From Candidatus Saccharimonadota bacterium (GTDB lineage Bacteria; Patescibacteriota; Saccharimonadia; Saccharimonadales; Saccharimonadaceae), in the NCBI GenBank assembly GCA_001897305.1, contig MKSO01000001.1, positions 180,001 to 212,000 of the forward strand: a stretch of 32,000 bases of DNA, in the 5' to 3' direction. Under the pieces are notes generated by a model. The model saw only the letters and a program-made list of their open reading frames with translations, did not search any database and was not told the origin of the DNA. The position numbers were made by a program, and so were the translations under genes. This document shows, piece after piece, positions 1 through 10,900 of the stretch (its first letter is position 1; each line of letters begins with the position of its first letter).

Positions 1-1
1 T

Positions 2-745
2 GAACTGTATGAAACCCTAAAAGAACGTGATCTTTTGAAAAACACCTGTATGCTTTTTGGACAGATGAATGAAATTCCTTCTCAACGTTCATTAGTGGGA
101 GTGGCTTCAACCGCATTAGCAGAGTATTTTAGGGATGAACAGAAAAAGGACATCCTTTTCTTTGTCGACAATATGTATCGATACGTACAGGCTCGTAACG
201 AGCTGGCAGCCGACCTTACGCAAGTTCCTTCCGAAGGTGGGTATGAGCCGACAATCTTCTCTGATGTGAAGACCCTGCAAGACCGTTTAACCTCTAATAA
301 GAACGGTTCTATTACTGCTGTTGAGACTATCTATGTACCCGCCGACGACCTTTCTGACCCAGCCGTACAAATGATTCAACGTGAGCTCGACTCTACGCTT
401 GTCCTTAGCCGTCGGGTTGCTGAGCAAGGTATTCGGCCGGCCGTAGACCTTCTTCGTACGTCATCTTCGCTTTTATCACCTGAGGTAGTAGGGGCTCGTC
501 ACTACGAATTGAGCCTAAGAGTCCAATCTATTCTGCAAAAGTATGAATCTTTGCGTACCATTATCGCCATTATTGGTGAGAGCGAATTGAGTATTGAGGA
601 CAAGAAGGATTACAATCGGGCGAAGGATATAATACAGTATTTTTCACAACGAGCTTCCGTTACCGAAGACTTAAATGGTGCCAAAGGCGAGTACTATACC
701 ATTGAACAGACCTTGTCGGGCTTAGAAAAAATCCTGAAGGACTAA
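2..745 (+). CDS. atpD: F1 ATP synthase beta subunit, C-terminal part; the 5' end lies upstream of the window
   Basis: The frame is open from position 2 to the TAA at 743-745. The translation (..LFGQMNE.., FRDE..ILFFVDN..R..QA..E, GGYEPT, ITAVETIYVPADDLSDPA, then the C-terminal helical domain) follows the conserved order of beta-subunit catalytic-core motifs, though it is divergent. The epsilon gene starts 1 nt after the stop. Confidence 0.93.
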   Translation, partial: ELYETLKERDLLKNTCMLFGQMNEIPSQRSLVGVASTALAEYFRDEQKKDILFFVDNMYRYVQARNELAADLTQVPSEGGYEPTIFSDVKTLQDRLTSNKNGSITAVETIYVPADDLSDPAVQMIQRELDSTLVLSRRVAEQGIRPAVDLLRTSSSLLSPEVVGARHYELSLRVQSILQKYESLRTIIAIIGESELSIEDKKDYNRAKDIIQYFSQRASVTEDLNGAKGEYYTIEQTLSGLEKILKD

Positions 746-746
746 G

Positions 747-1013
747 ATGGCGGTAGACGAGAATGAGACCCTCCTTTCGGTAAAGATATTCTCTCCTCGA
801 GAAGTGTATTACGACGGCAAAGCACAAAGTCTATCGGCCGCAAACGATACGGGGCATTTCGATATTTTGCCATTGCACCATAGTTTTATTACGCTTTTGA
901 ATGCCGGTACGGTGACGGTTGTTCAGCAGGCGGGCCAGTCTAGGGTACTCGAAATTGAAAAAGGCCTTTTGCGGGTCAAAAACAATCAAGCTGTTGTATT
1001 TCTTGACATATAG
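747..1013 (+). CDS. atpC: F1 ATP synthase epsilon subunit, short form (88 aa, beta-sandwich domain only)
   Basis: It follows atpD immediately (ATG at 747). The sequence LSVKIFSPREVYYDGKAQSLSAANDTGHFDILPLHHSFITLL..G resembles the N-terminal epsilon domain (G.fGILp.H.p). The protein ends where the C-terminal helical hairpin would normally begin. Confidence 0.82.
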   Translation: MAVDENETLLSVKIFSPREVYYDGKAQSLSAANDTGHFDILPLHHSFITLLNAGTVTVVQQAGQSRVLEIEKGLLRVKNNQAVVFLDI

Positions 1014-1100
1014 ACGTTGTAATAACAACATTATTTTCTTCAGAAAAGACCCTTTCAAAAAATGTGTGCATTTATGTACAATAATTTTCTTCAAAATCTA

Positions 1101-1129
1101 TTGTTTTTCTCGAGGATAAACCTTATAAT
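1101..1129 (+). promoter_or_regulatory. Putative sigma70-type promoter for the surface-protein gene pair
   Basis: TTGTTT (1101-1106), a 17-nt spacer, then TATAAT (1124-1129), located in the AT-rich gap after atpC. An AGGTGA Shine-Dalgarno sequence precedes the GTG at 1165. Confidence 0.45.
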
Positions 1130-1164
1130 TTTTACCACAAGCATCAACAAAAACAGGTGATGAA

Positions 1165-1938
1165 GTGGTAGGAAAAAATCGTAAACAGGGAACAGTATTC
1201 TTAAGCGCTGCTATTGGCGCTTTCTTGGTAGTTTTAGCTGCCCCTGTTGCGTATGCGTACACGGCAACCGAGTATCCTACAACAACCTCTTGGACTGTAG
1301 GCACAGTTGTGGCAGTCAACGGTGATGGCAGCCCTGTTGCTGCTTCAACTCAAGCAGCTAACTATATCGGCGTTGTTGCCAACCCTTCGACTGGCAAGAC
1401 TGTAGAGGTAGCAGGCACTGGGACAGTTTCGGTAGTCGTAACAGATAAGGACGGAGCTGTTGAAAGTGGTACTCGTTTGGGTCTTTCGTCGGTTGCTGGG
1501 GTAGCGAGCGCCTGGACAAACGGGACCGTCATTGGTGTTGCTCAAGAGGCTCCAAAAGAATGGAAACAAGCTACTCTTGACTCGTCGGCATCTATAAAAC
1601 TGGCATCGGTTAGAGTGCAACTACTCAGTGACGGCGCTTCAAGCGGCAGTTCTCCTATCAACCAGTTCTTCGCAGCCCTAGAGAAGACAGCTTCTGGAGT
1701 GGCGGGCAAACCGGTGGATACATGGAGGATTATTACAGCATTACTTATTGGGCTTGGCGGCCTTATTCTTGCTTTTGGACTACTGTTTATTTCAAGCCGA
1801 GAAAGCTTTTTCTCGATGGGTCGTAATCCAATGGCGAGTAAAATCATCATGCGTGGTTTATGGAAAATGGTAGCCTTGTCTGTTGGTATCCTTTGTATCA
1901 CGCTTACTGCGTCGTATTTGATTGTGAGGATTGCGTAG
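1165..1938 (+). CDS. Secreted or membrane-anchored hypothetical protein (257 aa). It has an N-terminal signal-like segment and two C-terminal TM helices. Its ectodomain is related to the C-terminal domain of the downstream giant protein.
   Basis: GTG start preceded by AGGTGA. The hydrophobic N-terminus is FLSAAIGAFLVVLAAPVAYA. The C-terminal hydrophobic stretches are ITALLIGLGGLILAFGLLFI and MVALSVGILCITLTASYLIV. The motif string YIGVVANPS..VEVAGTGTVSVVV..G..ESGTRLGLSSVAGVA....GTVIGVAQEA parallels LMGVVSTNPG..IALTGRVPVKV..GPIAVGDKVTISSVEGVG....GMIVGTAVES in the giant protein. Confidence 0.75.
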   Translation: MVGKNRKQGTVFLSAAIGAFLVVLAAPVAYAYTATEYPTTTSWTVGTVVAVNGDGSPVAASTQAANYIGVVANPSTGKTVEVAGTGTVSVVVTDKDGAVESGTRLGLSSVAGVASAWTNGTVIGVAQEAPKEWKQATLDSSASIKLASVRVQLLSDGASSGSSPINQFFAALEKTASGVAGKPVDTWRIITALLIGLGGLILAFGLLFISSRESFFSMGRNPMASKIIMRGLWKMVALSVGILCITLTASYLIVRIA

Positions 1939-1939
1939 T

Positions 1940-4900
1940 ATGAACCGCAAAGCCCTACTGCCAGTCTTCGTCTCGCTTGGTATTTTTGTTGTTATTTTTG
2001 GGGTTGTGGCGCTGTATCTTTGGAACGCAAGCCGGCAGGATGTAAAATCAACGGCCGACCAATCTGTCACTACAGTGAAGGGGCTTCAAGACCTTCAAGT
2101 TATTGACCAGCCTGTTTCACCAACGAAGCAAGTGATAGGTGGTGATTTAAAGGTAACGGGTAATGTCAGCATTATCGATGGTCTTTCAAGTTCATCACTA
2201 CAGCTTACACCGGTTACTAACCCAGCCGGCCTTCGTACCGGTCAGCTTTACACGAATACCGATAATAACCTGTACTACTACGACGGTAGGGTTTCATCGA
2301 ACATTTCAGGCGGTTTAGCGACTGCTCGAGTAGACATTAACCAACTTCAGCAAGAAACTGCTCAATTTCTGAACCGTCCAGAGGGTGTGCTCACACTACA
2401 GGGTCAGTCGGGTAATGTCGTACTGGCTGGTTCTGATGGAATTGCTATTTCTGGAACAACCATTACAAATAATGGCGTGCTTACTGTACAGGGTCGGGCT
2501 GGTAATGTTCAGTTCGTAAGCGGTAACGGCATCGATGTAACGGGAACAACCATTAATAATACAGGCGTCACAAGCTTGGGTGGTCAGAACGGCACTGTCG
2601 CTTTGGGCACTGGGCTCAGTATCAGCAACGGCACACTAGTGAACACAGGAATTACTCAACTTATCTCGGGTAGTTCCGATTTGATCGTTTCGAATGTAGG
2701 TGGCGGTGCCTACACAATTAGTTATGCCGGTTCCGGGGTGGGTGGTACGGTCGCTTTGGCACCAAATACATCCCAGGAAGATTCTAGTAATAATGCATCA
2801 ATCGCTTTTAACAAAACGGGTCTCGGCAACTTAATTCAAATTTCTACTGGTACTAATGCTTCGAATAAATTCGTCGTCGATCAGTCAGGTGCAATTATTA
2901 ACGGAAGCATTAACTTTAGCCAGGTAACAGGTGTGCCGAGTCTTGTTAATTCTATTGCGGGCCTTACGGGTACCGTAGGAGTTGGTGCTGGACTGGCTGT
3001 AAATGGTGGCCAGCTGGTTGCTACGACGGCTGTGAATAATCTTGTAGGAACTGCGAACCAAGTAAATGTATCGGGGAGCGGTACGCTTACTCTATCGTTG
3101 CCGCAAAGCATCGCGACGACATCTTCGCCGACTTTCGCCGGCTTGACGCTCACGAATGCACTAACTGTAGGGAACGGTGGTACTGGTGCATCGACTGCTG
3201 CGGGGGCTCGTACTAACCTAGGAGCGGCGGCAAGTGGTGTAAATAATGACATTACTTCGCTTACTGGTTTAACCACGGCGTTGTCGGTTGCCCAGGGTGG
3301 TATTGGTACGACGTCTCTTACTCAAAATGGTGTGCTTATTGGCAATGGCTCTGCCGCCGTGTCTACACTTAATGCGGCGAGTGCTAATCAGTGTCTTGTG
3401 TCTGGTGCGGGTGGCGTATTAAGCTTCCAAACCTGTCCGGGTGCAGGCAGCGTCACTAGCGTAAATGGTAAAAATGGTGCAGTGACGATAGCGGGCGTAG
3501 ACCCAACAAGTATTGATTCAACCGGTTCATCAATTGTTATTCGCGATGCCTCGTATACAACTAAGGGCTTAGCTTCATTTAATAGTACAAACTTCAGCGT
3601 ACTAAACGGAAGTGTTACTACTGCGCAAAATATTAATACAGGCGCTACTCCAACCTTTGCTGGCTTAAACCTCACTGCGGCATTAAGCACTGCTAACGGT
3701 GGAACGGGTCGTACGAGCTTTACGGCCAATTCGTTGCTCGTAGGCCAGGGCGGAGCTGCGCTTGGAACGGTTGGAACAACCATTGATGGGCAGTGTTTAG
3801 TGTCAGGAACTGGCGGGGTGCTTGGTTTTGCATCGTGTCCCGGTTCAAATGGCGTAGCTAGTTTGAACGGGCTTACAGGGGCGGTTAGCCTTAGCACAGT
3901 AACTGCTTCAAGCTTGTCGCAGACCGGGAATGTTATTACTGTTCGCGACGCAAGCGACACCATAAAGGGGCTTGCTGCATTTAATAGCAGCAACCTAGTC
4001 GTAACGAACGGGGTTGTAAATACTGCGCAAAATATTAATACGTCGGCTACGCCTACTTTCGCCGGACTTTCACTTGATACTGCGCTTGCGGTTACTAGTG
4101 GTGGTACTGGCCGTAATACGCTAACCGCTAATAGTCTTTTGATAGGAAATGGTACGGGCGCAGTGTCTATGTTAAGTGCGCCAACGGCCGGCTTGTGTCT
4201 TACTTCTGGCACTGGCGGGGTGTTGAGCTTCGTCACTTGTCCGGGTACTGCGGTTGTAAATACGCTTAACGGACAAAGTGGTGATATTACACTTACTGCT
4301 GCAGATCCGTCAAGTATTACTACGACCGGCGCAACTATCTCGATTCGTGACGCTTCGTATACAAATAAGGGCTTGGCTTCATTTAATGGCAGTAACTTCA
4401 GTGTTACAAATGGTGCTGTTAATACCATTCAGGATATCGCAACAACCGCAACGCCGACCTTTGAGGGCTTAACTCTTACCAGCGCTTTGGGTGTGACGAG
4501 TGGCGGTACTGGTGCAACGAATTTTGCGGCTAATAGCCTCCTTATTGGACAGGGGACTGCAGCGGTGAGTACATTAGGTACGTCGACGGCTGGTCAGTGT
4601 CTTATTTCTGGTACGGGTGGGTATCTATCGTTCTCGGCTTGCCCTGGAAGTAACGGCGTTGCCAGCCTTAATGGGCTGCTCGGAGCTTTGACGGTCAAGG
4701 GTGTGAGTGCCTCTAGCGTGCTTTCAACGGGTTCAACTATTACTATCGCTGATGCAACGGACACGGTAAAGGGCCTTGCCGCATTTAATAGCAGTAACCT
4801 AGTCGTAACAAACGGGGTTGTAAATACTGTTCAGGACATTTCAGTAAATGCGACACCAACTTTCGCCAGCCTTACGCTCTCTAGCCCGCTAGCTGTTAGT

Positions 4901-7900
4901 AGTGGCGGTACTGGTGCAAGTAGCTTTGCCGCAAACGCGGTACTTATCGGTAATGGTAGCTCTACGTTTGGTGCAGTTGCTGCTACGGCCGAAAACCAAT
5001 GTCTAATATCTGCAGCCGATGGCAGCTTAAGCTTTGTGACGTGTCCTGGTGCCGCCGGGGTAACCAGCTTGAATGGTCTTCAGGGCAGTCTTACGCTTAA
5101 CGCTGCTGACCCTAACAGTATTGCGAGCAGTGGTACGACCATTACTCTTCGTGATGCTACTAACTCTCGCAAGGGTCTTGCGTCATTCAATGCCGCGAAC
5201 TTCAGTGTTACCAGTGGTGCGGTAAACTTAGTTCAGGATATTGGCTCTGGCGCGACGCCTACTTTTGCAGGCCTAAGCCTAGGAAGCGCCTTGACGGTAG
5301 CAAATGGTGGTACTGGTGCAACCACAGCTGCTGACGCAAGGACAAACCTCGGGGCTGCGTCTAGTGGTGTTAACAACGACATCACCACACTTGGGTCGGT
5401 TACTTCGATTGCCTCTGGGTCTGGTCTAACAATAAATGCCACAAGCGGCACCCTCAGTCTGCAGGGTGCGGCAACGGTGCTTGCTCAAACTAACGGCACA
5501 AACACAACTCGGCTTGATTTTGCAAATCCAACAGCTGACGTAACGTATCGTCTACAAACTGCCGCCGCTGGTACGTATGAAGTATGTACGACCGCGGGTA
5601 ACTGTGTCGGTGTGGGCGGTGGCGTTACGACGACCGGTGGAACAATCGGCAAGCTTTCCCGTTTTGTCAGCGGCACTGCTATTGGCGACTCAATCATTAC
5701 GGATAATGGCTCAACGGTATCGATAGGGGGCGCCCTTAACGTTAATACTATTACGCCAACGGCGGCTGCTATTATTGGTGCGACTACCCAGTCGCTTACT
5801 CTGCAAGGTTCAACGACAAGTATTACAAGTACCGGCGCGGCTTCAACAAATACCCTCACGTTCGCAACTCCATCGGGCACGAACAAGACGATCACTATTC
5901 CAAACGCCAGCGGTACGGTTGCTATTTCAGCAAGTGGTCCATTAAGTCTTGACGCCAACGGTAACCTTTCGTGTGCCAGCTGTCTGACAAGTGGCGGCGG
6001 CGGTGGTGGTGCGACAGGTGTCTCAAGTGTTAATGGTATCACCGGTGCTGTTACCTTGGTGTCTAGTGACGCAAATTCACTGACGACGGCCGGTACTAGC
6101 ATTACTATTAACGATGCGACGGCAACAACTAAGGGTCTCGCTGCTTTTAATAGTAATAACTTGGTTGTTTCAAATGGCGTCGTAAACACCATCCAAGATA
6201 TTGGTACTGGTGCGACACCAACCTTTGCTAATATTAACCTTAGTTCGCCGTTGACAGTTGCGAATGGTGGTACGGGCCGTTCGAACTTGCCAAAGGGTCT
6301 CGTTATAGGCAACGGCACAGGTGCGGTCGATATCCTTGCTCCAACCGGTGCAAGTGAATGTTTGGCATCGGATTCAAGCAGTAACCTTGTGTTCGTAGCC
6401 TGCCCGGGTACGTCGGTTGTTAATTTCCTTAATGGGCTTAACGGTACGGTAACAATCGACACTGTATCGGCAAGTAGTCTTTCGACAAGTGGCAATAACA
6501 TTCGTATTCAAGACGCTACTTCGTCTATTAAGGGCTTGGCATCGTTCAACGCCTCAAACCTGACGGTGACAAATGGCAGCGTTAATACCGTTCAGGACAT
6601 TAGTACATCATCAACCCCATCATTTAACGGCCTTTCACTCGGTACAGCGCTAGGGGTTGCTAGTGGTGGTACGGGTTCAGCTACGGCTGCCGGTGCGCGC
6701 ACAAACCTGGGCGCGGCTGCTCGTGGTGCAAACAGCGACATTACGTCATTATCTGGCCTTACGACAGCTTTGTCGGTAGCCCAGGGTGGTACTGGTCAGT
6801 CTTCACTGACAGCAAACCGAGTGCTACTTGGTAACGGCACCTCTGGTATTGCAGTGAGTAACGCCGCAGGGGTTGGCCAATGTTTGGTAGGGAATGCAAG
6901 TGGTGCACCAAGTTTCCAAGCGTGCCCTGGCTCTGATGGCGTCCGTACCTTTAACAGCCTAAATGGGGATGTCACTCTTGATACTACATCGGCAAATAGC
7001 TTGGTAGTGAGCGGCAATAACATTCGCATTCAAGACGCAACCTCATCTATTAAGGGCTTGGCATCGTTTGACGGCACGAACCTTACTATTGTGAATGGTG
7101 CGGTTAATACGGCACAGAACATCACCACTAGTGCAACGCCAACCTTTGCTGGCTTGAACCTGACCACTGCCTTAGGTGTTGCGAGTGGTGGGACGGGCCG
7201 CTCAACACTTGCGACAAATGGTGTTGTTGTAGGTCAGGGTACAAGTGCCGTTACTACCGTCGGTACAAACACGGCGGGCCAGTGTCTTGTATCTGGCACT
7301 GGCGGGGCTTTGAGCTTTGCAAGCTGCCCTGGCTCTGGTGGTGTGGCAAGCCTCAATGGCTTGAACGGTGCTGTTACCATCGACACGGTGACTCCATCGA
7401 GTCTTTTGGTTAGTGGCAATAACATTCGCATTCAAGACGCAACTTCATCTATTAAAGGCTTGGCATCATTCAACACTGATAGTCTTACGGTTACAAATGG
7501 TAGCGTTTCAACTGTTCAAAGTATTAACACTACCGCAACGCCAACCTTTGCTGGTCTTACTCTGACAAGTCCGCTTGGCGTTGGCAGTGGCGGTACGGGC
7601 CGCTCGACACTTGCAGCGGGAAGCTTGCTTATAGGTAATGGCTCGGGCGCTATTTCTACACTTGGCACATCTGTAGCGGGTAAGTGTCTCGTCTCTGGTG
7701 CTAGTGGAACGCTTTCATTCCTCGACTGTCCAGGAACCGACGTTGTGAGTAGTTTGAACGGTGTGAGTGGCGCAGTTACGGTAACTGCTGTTGATCCAGC
7801 AAGCATCGACACTACAGGTAACACTATTACTGTTAAAGACGCTTCGTATACAACCAAAGGCCTGGCTTCGTTTAATGGTGGTAACTTTGTTGTTAGCAAT

Positions 7901-10900
7901 GGGGCGGTTAATACAATTCAGAACATCGCTACAACGTCGAGCCCAACTTTTGCCGGCCTAACGCTTTCAAGTGCGCTAGGGGTAGCAAATGGCGGTACTG
8001 GGGCTGGAAGTTTTGCAACTAACGGTATTCTCGTTGGACAAGGAACATCCGCTGTAACGACAGTCAGCACTACTACGGCCAACCAGTGTCTTGTTACGGG
8101 AACGGGTGGTGTTCTAACATTTGCAAGTTGTCCTGGTTCGGGCGGCGTCAGTAGCTTTAATGGCCTTACAGGTGCGGTAAATGTTGCGACGACAACCGCA
8201 AGCAGCCTCCTTACAAGTGGCAATACTGTCACTATTCGCGACGCAAGCGATACTATTAAGGGTCTCGCTTCCTTCAATTCAACCAACCTTACCGTCACAA
8301 GTGGCGTCGTAAATACGGTTCAAGATATAAGCACTGCATCTACGCCAACCTTTGCCGGCCTTACCCTAGGTAACGCGCTGAGTGTTGCTAACGGTGGTAC
8401 GGGTCAAACTACCCTCACTGCTAACCGCGTGCTTCTCGGTAATGGTACGTCTGGTGTGGCAGTGAGCAACGCCGCAGGGGCCGGACTTTGTCTTATTGGG
8501 AATGCGACCGGGGCACCAAGCTTCCAATCTTGTCCAATTGGTGGGAATATCTCATCTGGCACCTCTCAGACTGCTGGTGTTGTGGCGATGTTCGATAGTA
8601 CCGCAAACCAAATTACCGACTCAATCATCTCGCAGTCTGGTTCGGTTGTCTCTGTTGGCGGACAACTGAGTGCTACGACACTAAGTGGCAACGGTGCGGC
8701 GATCACTAACCTTAACGCTTCTAATATTGCCACCGGTACTGTTGCAAACGCTCGTCTTAGCGCCAATGTAACACTTCAGGGCAATAGCTTTAACGGTAAC
8801 AGCCAGTTGCTTAAGCTTGATAGCAGCGGTGCAACTACCCAAAACGGCCTTTGTCTTATGAGTACTGGCTCTGGTACGGGTACTGCTTTCCAGGCGTGCC
8901 CAGGTTCAAACGTAGCCGTAGGCGCAAACACTTCGCTGTCTAACCTTTCGAATGTTGCCATTAATGACATGCTTCTTCCGGGCGCGAGCAATTCTATCGA
9001 CATTGGTAGTACCACCTTGGCATTCCGCAACCTTTACTTGGCTGGTGCAGTAAGTGCGGCGGGCGCCATCAACGGCCTCACGCTTACTTCAAACTCGCTA
9101 CAGAGTGCTGGTGCTCTCAACCTTAGTGCGGGTGGAACAAACCAAGCGGTTACAATTGCTGGCAGCGGTAGTGGTGGAGTGACAATTAACCCAGGTACGG
9201 GGAGTATTACGCTCTCGGGCGTAACCTGTAATACCTCTGCTAACGGTGGAAAGCTTACCACTAATGCGTCGGGTATCTTGGGCTGTGCCGATGATATTGG
9301 CGGCGTCTCGGTTGTGGGTACTATTGACTCGCAGACGGCCAGCGCCAACGGTGCGGTTATTAATGGTAATACTATCTATTTGCAGACGGCGAGTTCAACG
9401 GCAACCGGGCTTGTAAGTACGGCTGCCCAAACGTTCGCTGGTAACAAAACATTTGCCGGAGCTACAACACTGCAGGGCGCAACAACAATGAGTGGATCGG
9501 TGACGATTGGCAGTCCATCGATGGGTGTTCTATACACCGATACGAGCGGTACTGTTCAAAAGGCGTATACATCAGGTGCAACGGTAGGTCAGTGCCTAGC
9601 TTATACTGCAACGAATACTCTTGGCTTCCAGAGCTGTGGCGGTGGCGGTGGGGGTGGAAATCCATTCCTTCAAGGCGGTAATGCCTTCAATGCAACAGCA
9701 ACACTCGGTGTGACAGATAACCAGGCGATAAATATTATTCAAAATAATCAAAATCGTATTGCCATGCCAAATGACGGCAACATCATCATAACGCCTATGA
9801 CTAACAAATTCGTTTTCATTAATACAACCGCCTCTGATAGTGATGCTGATTTGATTGTAAATGGTCGCGTTAAGTCATTGACTGGCTTTAAGGTGGGTAA
9901 CGTAAGCGGAATATCTATTGCGCAGTGTAGCGGATACATTCAGAATGCAGTTGTGAGTGGCGGTATTATTACCAATGGTAACTGTTCGAGCGGGGGTTCA
10001 GCGGGTCAGGCTCTTGTACAAGGTGGTAACGCCTTTAATGGGACGCTTACCATGGGAACGACAGACAACTTTGGTGTTAATATCGTAAAACAAGGCACCA
10101 CCATGATCGGTATAAGCCAGGACGGCAACATCGACTTCTCGCCAAGCGTTAATAAGTGGGTCCGTGTCGGCACTACTGATACTGATAGTACGTCACAATT
10201 TATCGTAGGTGGGCGTATCAAGTCGGGCACTGGTTTCAGGGTCGGTAACAATACGGGCATAGATCTTACATGTCAAAATGGTAACCAGACCTTGGGCGCG
10301 GTTCGTATTGCCGGTGGTATTATCTACCAAGCGCAGTGTGCCACCAACAACTCTGACCTTGCCGAGAATTACGCCTCACCACAGCAACTCGCTCCAGCCG
10401 AGATTGTCATGGCTGCTGGTACTTCTGCAACAACAGTGGTTCGCGCCACCGGAGAAGGTGCTCGCGAAAAACTTATGGGCGTTGTTTCGACTAACCCAGG
10501 CCAGACATTAGGTACCGAACAAGTACCAAACGGGTATCCAATTGCCCTAACCGGACGTGTTCCTGTGAAGGTAAACGGCGAGGGTGGCCCTATTGCAGTA
10601 GGTGACAAGGTGACTATCTCGAGTGTTGAAGGTGTCGGTAAGAAAGCTACAACCCCAGGTATGATCGTCGGTACCGCAGTTGAATCATTTGACGGCAACG
10701 GCCAAGGCTCTATTGAGGTCTTTGTAAACCTTATGTACTGGAGCCCTGTGGATGGTAATAACCTGCAGGCTCAGACAGGCACCTTTGGTTCACTAAATGT
10801 ATCTGGTAACACTACTTTGAACACCCTAACAGTTACTGGTGTAGCTACATTCCAGGCAAATATTGTCGTGAACGGACACATTATTACTGGCGGTGGTGCG

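Noticed and set aside
831-1119. ORFs of 87 aa (minus strand) and 66 aa (plus strand) in and after atpC
   Set aside because: They overlap atpC or lie in the AT-rich promoter and terminator gap. Their translations are Lys/Ile/Phe-rich AT-driven sequences with no Shine-Dalgarno sequence.
1931-1939. TTG at 1931 as the start of the giant gene (ORF-track start)
   Set aside because: It overlaps the upstream stop codon region. The in-frame ATG at 1940 has a GAGGA Shine-Dalgarno sequence at proper spacing and gives a typical short basic N-terminus (MNRK) before the TM helix.
5993-6010. GGC/GGT runs encoding poly-Gly (also at 9638-9658) considered as slipped-strand phase-variation tracts
   Set aside because: They are mixed GGC/GGT/GGG codons, not pure mono- or trinucleotide repeats. 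Any slippage in units of 3 would stay in frame.
3388-6501. Long antisense ORFs inside the giant gene (346 aa at 3388-4428, 338 aa at 5485-6501, and many of 60-130 aa)
   Set aside because: They lie antisense to a continuous 9.3-kb ORF that has coherent repeat and motif structure. Their translations are low-complexity P/V/A/T strings without starts, Shine-Dalgarno sequences or motifs. Stop-poor antisense frames are expected from the biased G/A/T/S codon content of the sense strand.
3120-8535. Regularly spaced repeats considered as a possible CRISPR array or non-coding satellite
   Set aside because: The period is 402 nt and lies inside a continuous ORF. The units are diverged protein modules, not short identical direct repeats separated by unique spacers. 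No cas genes are present.
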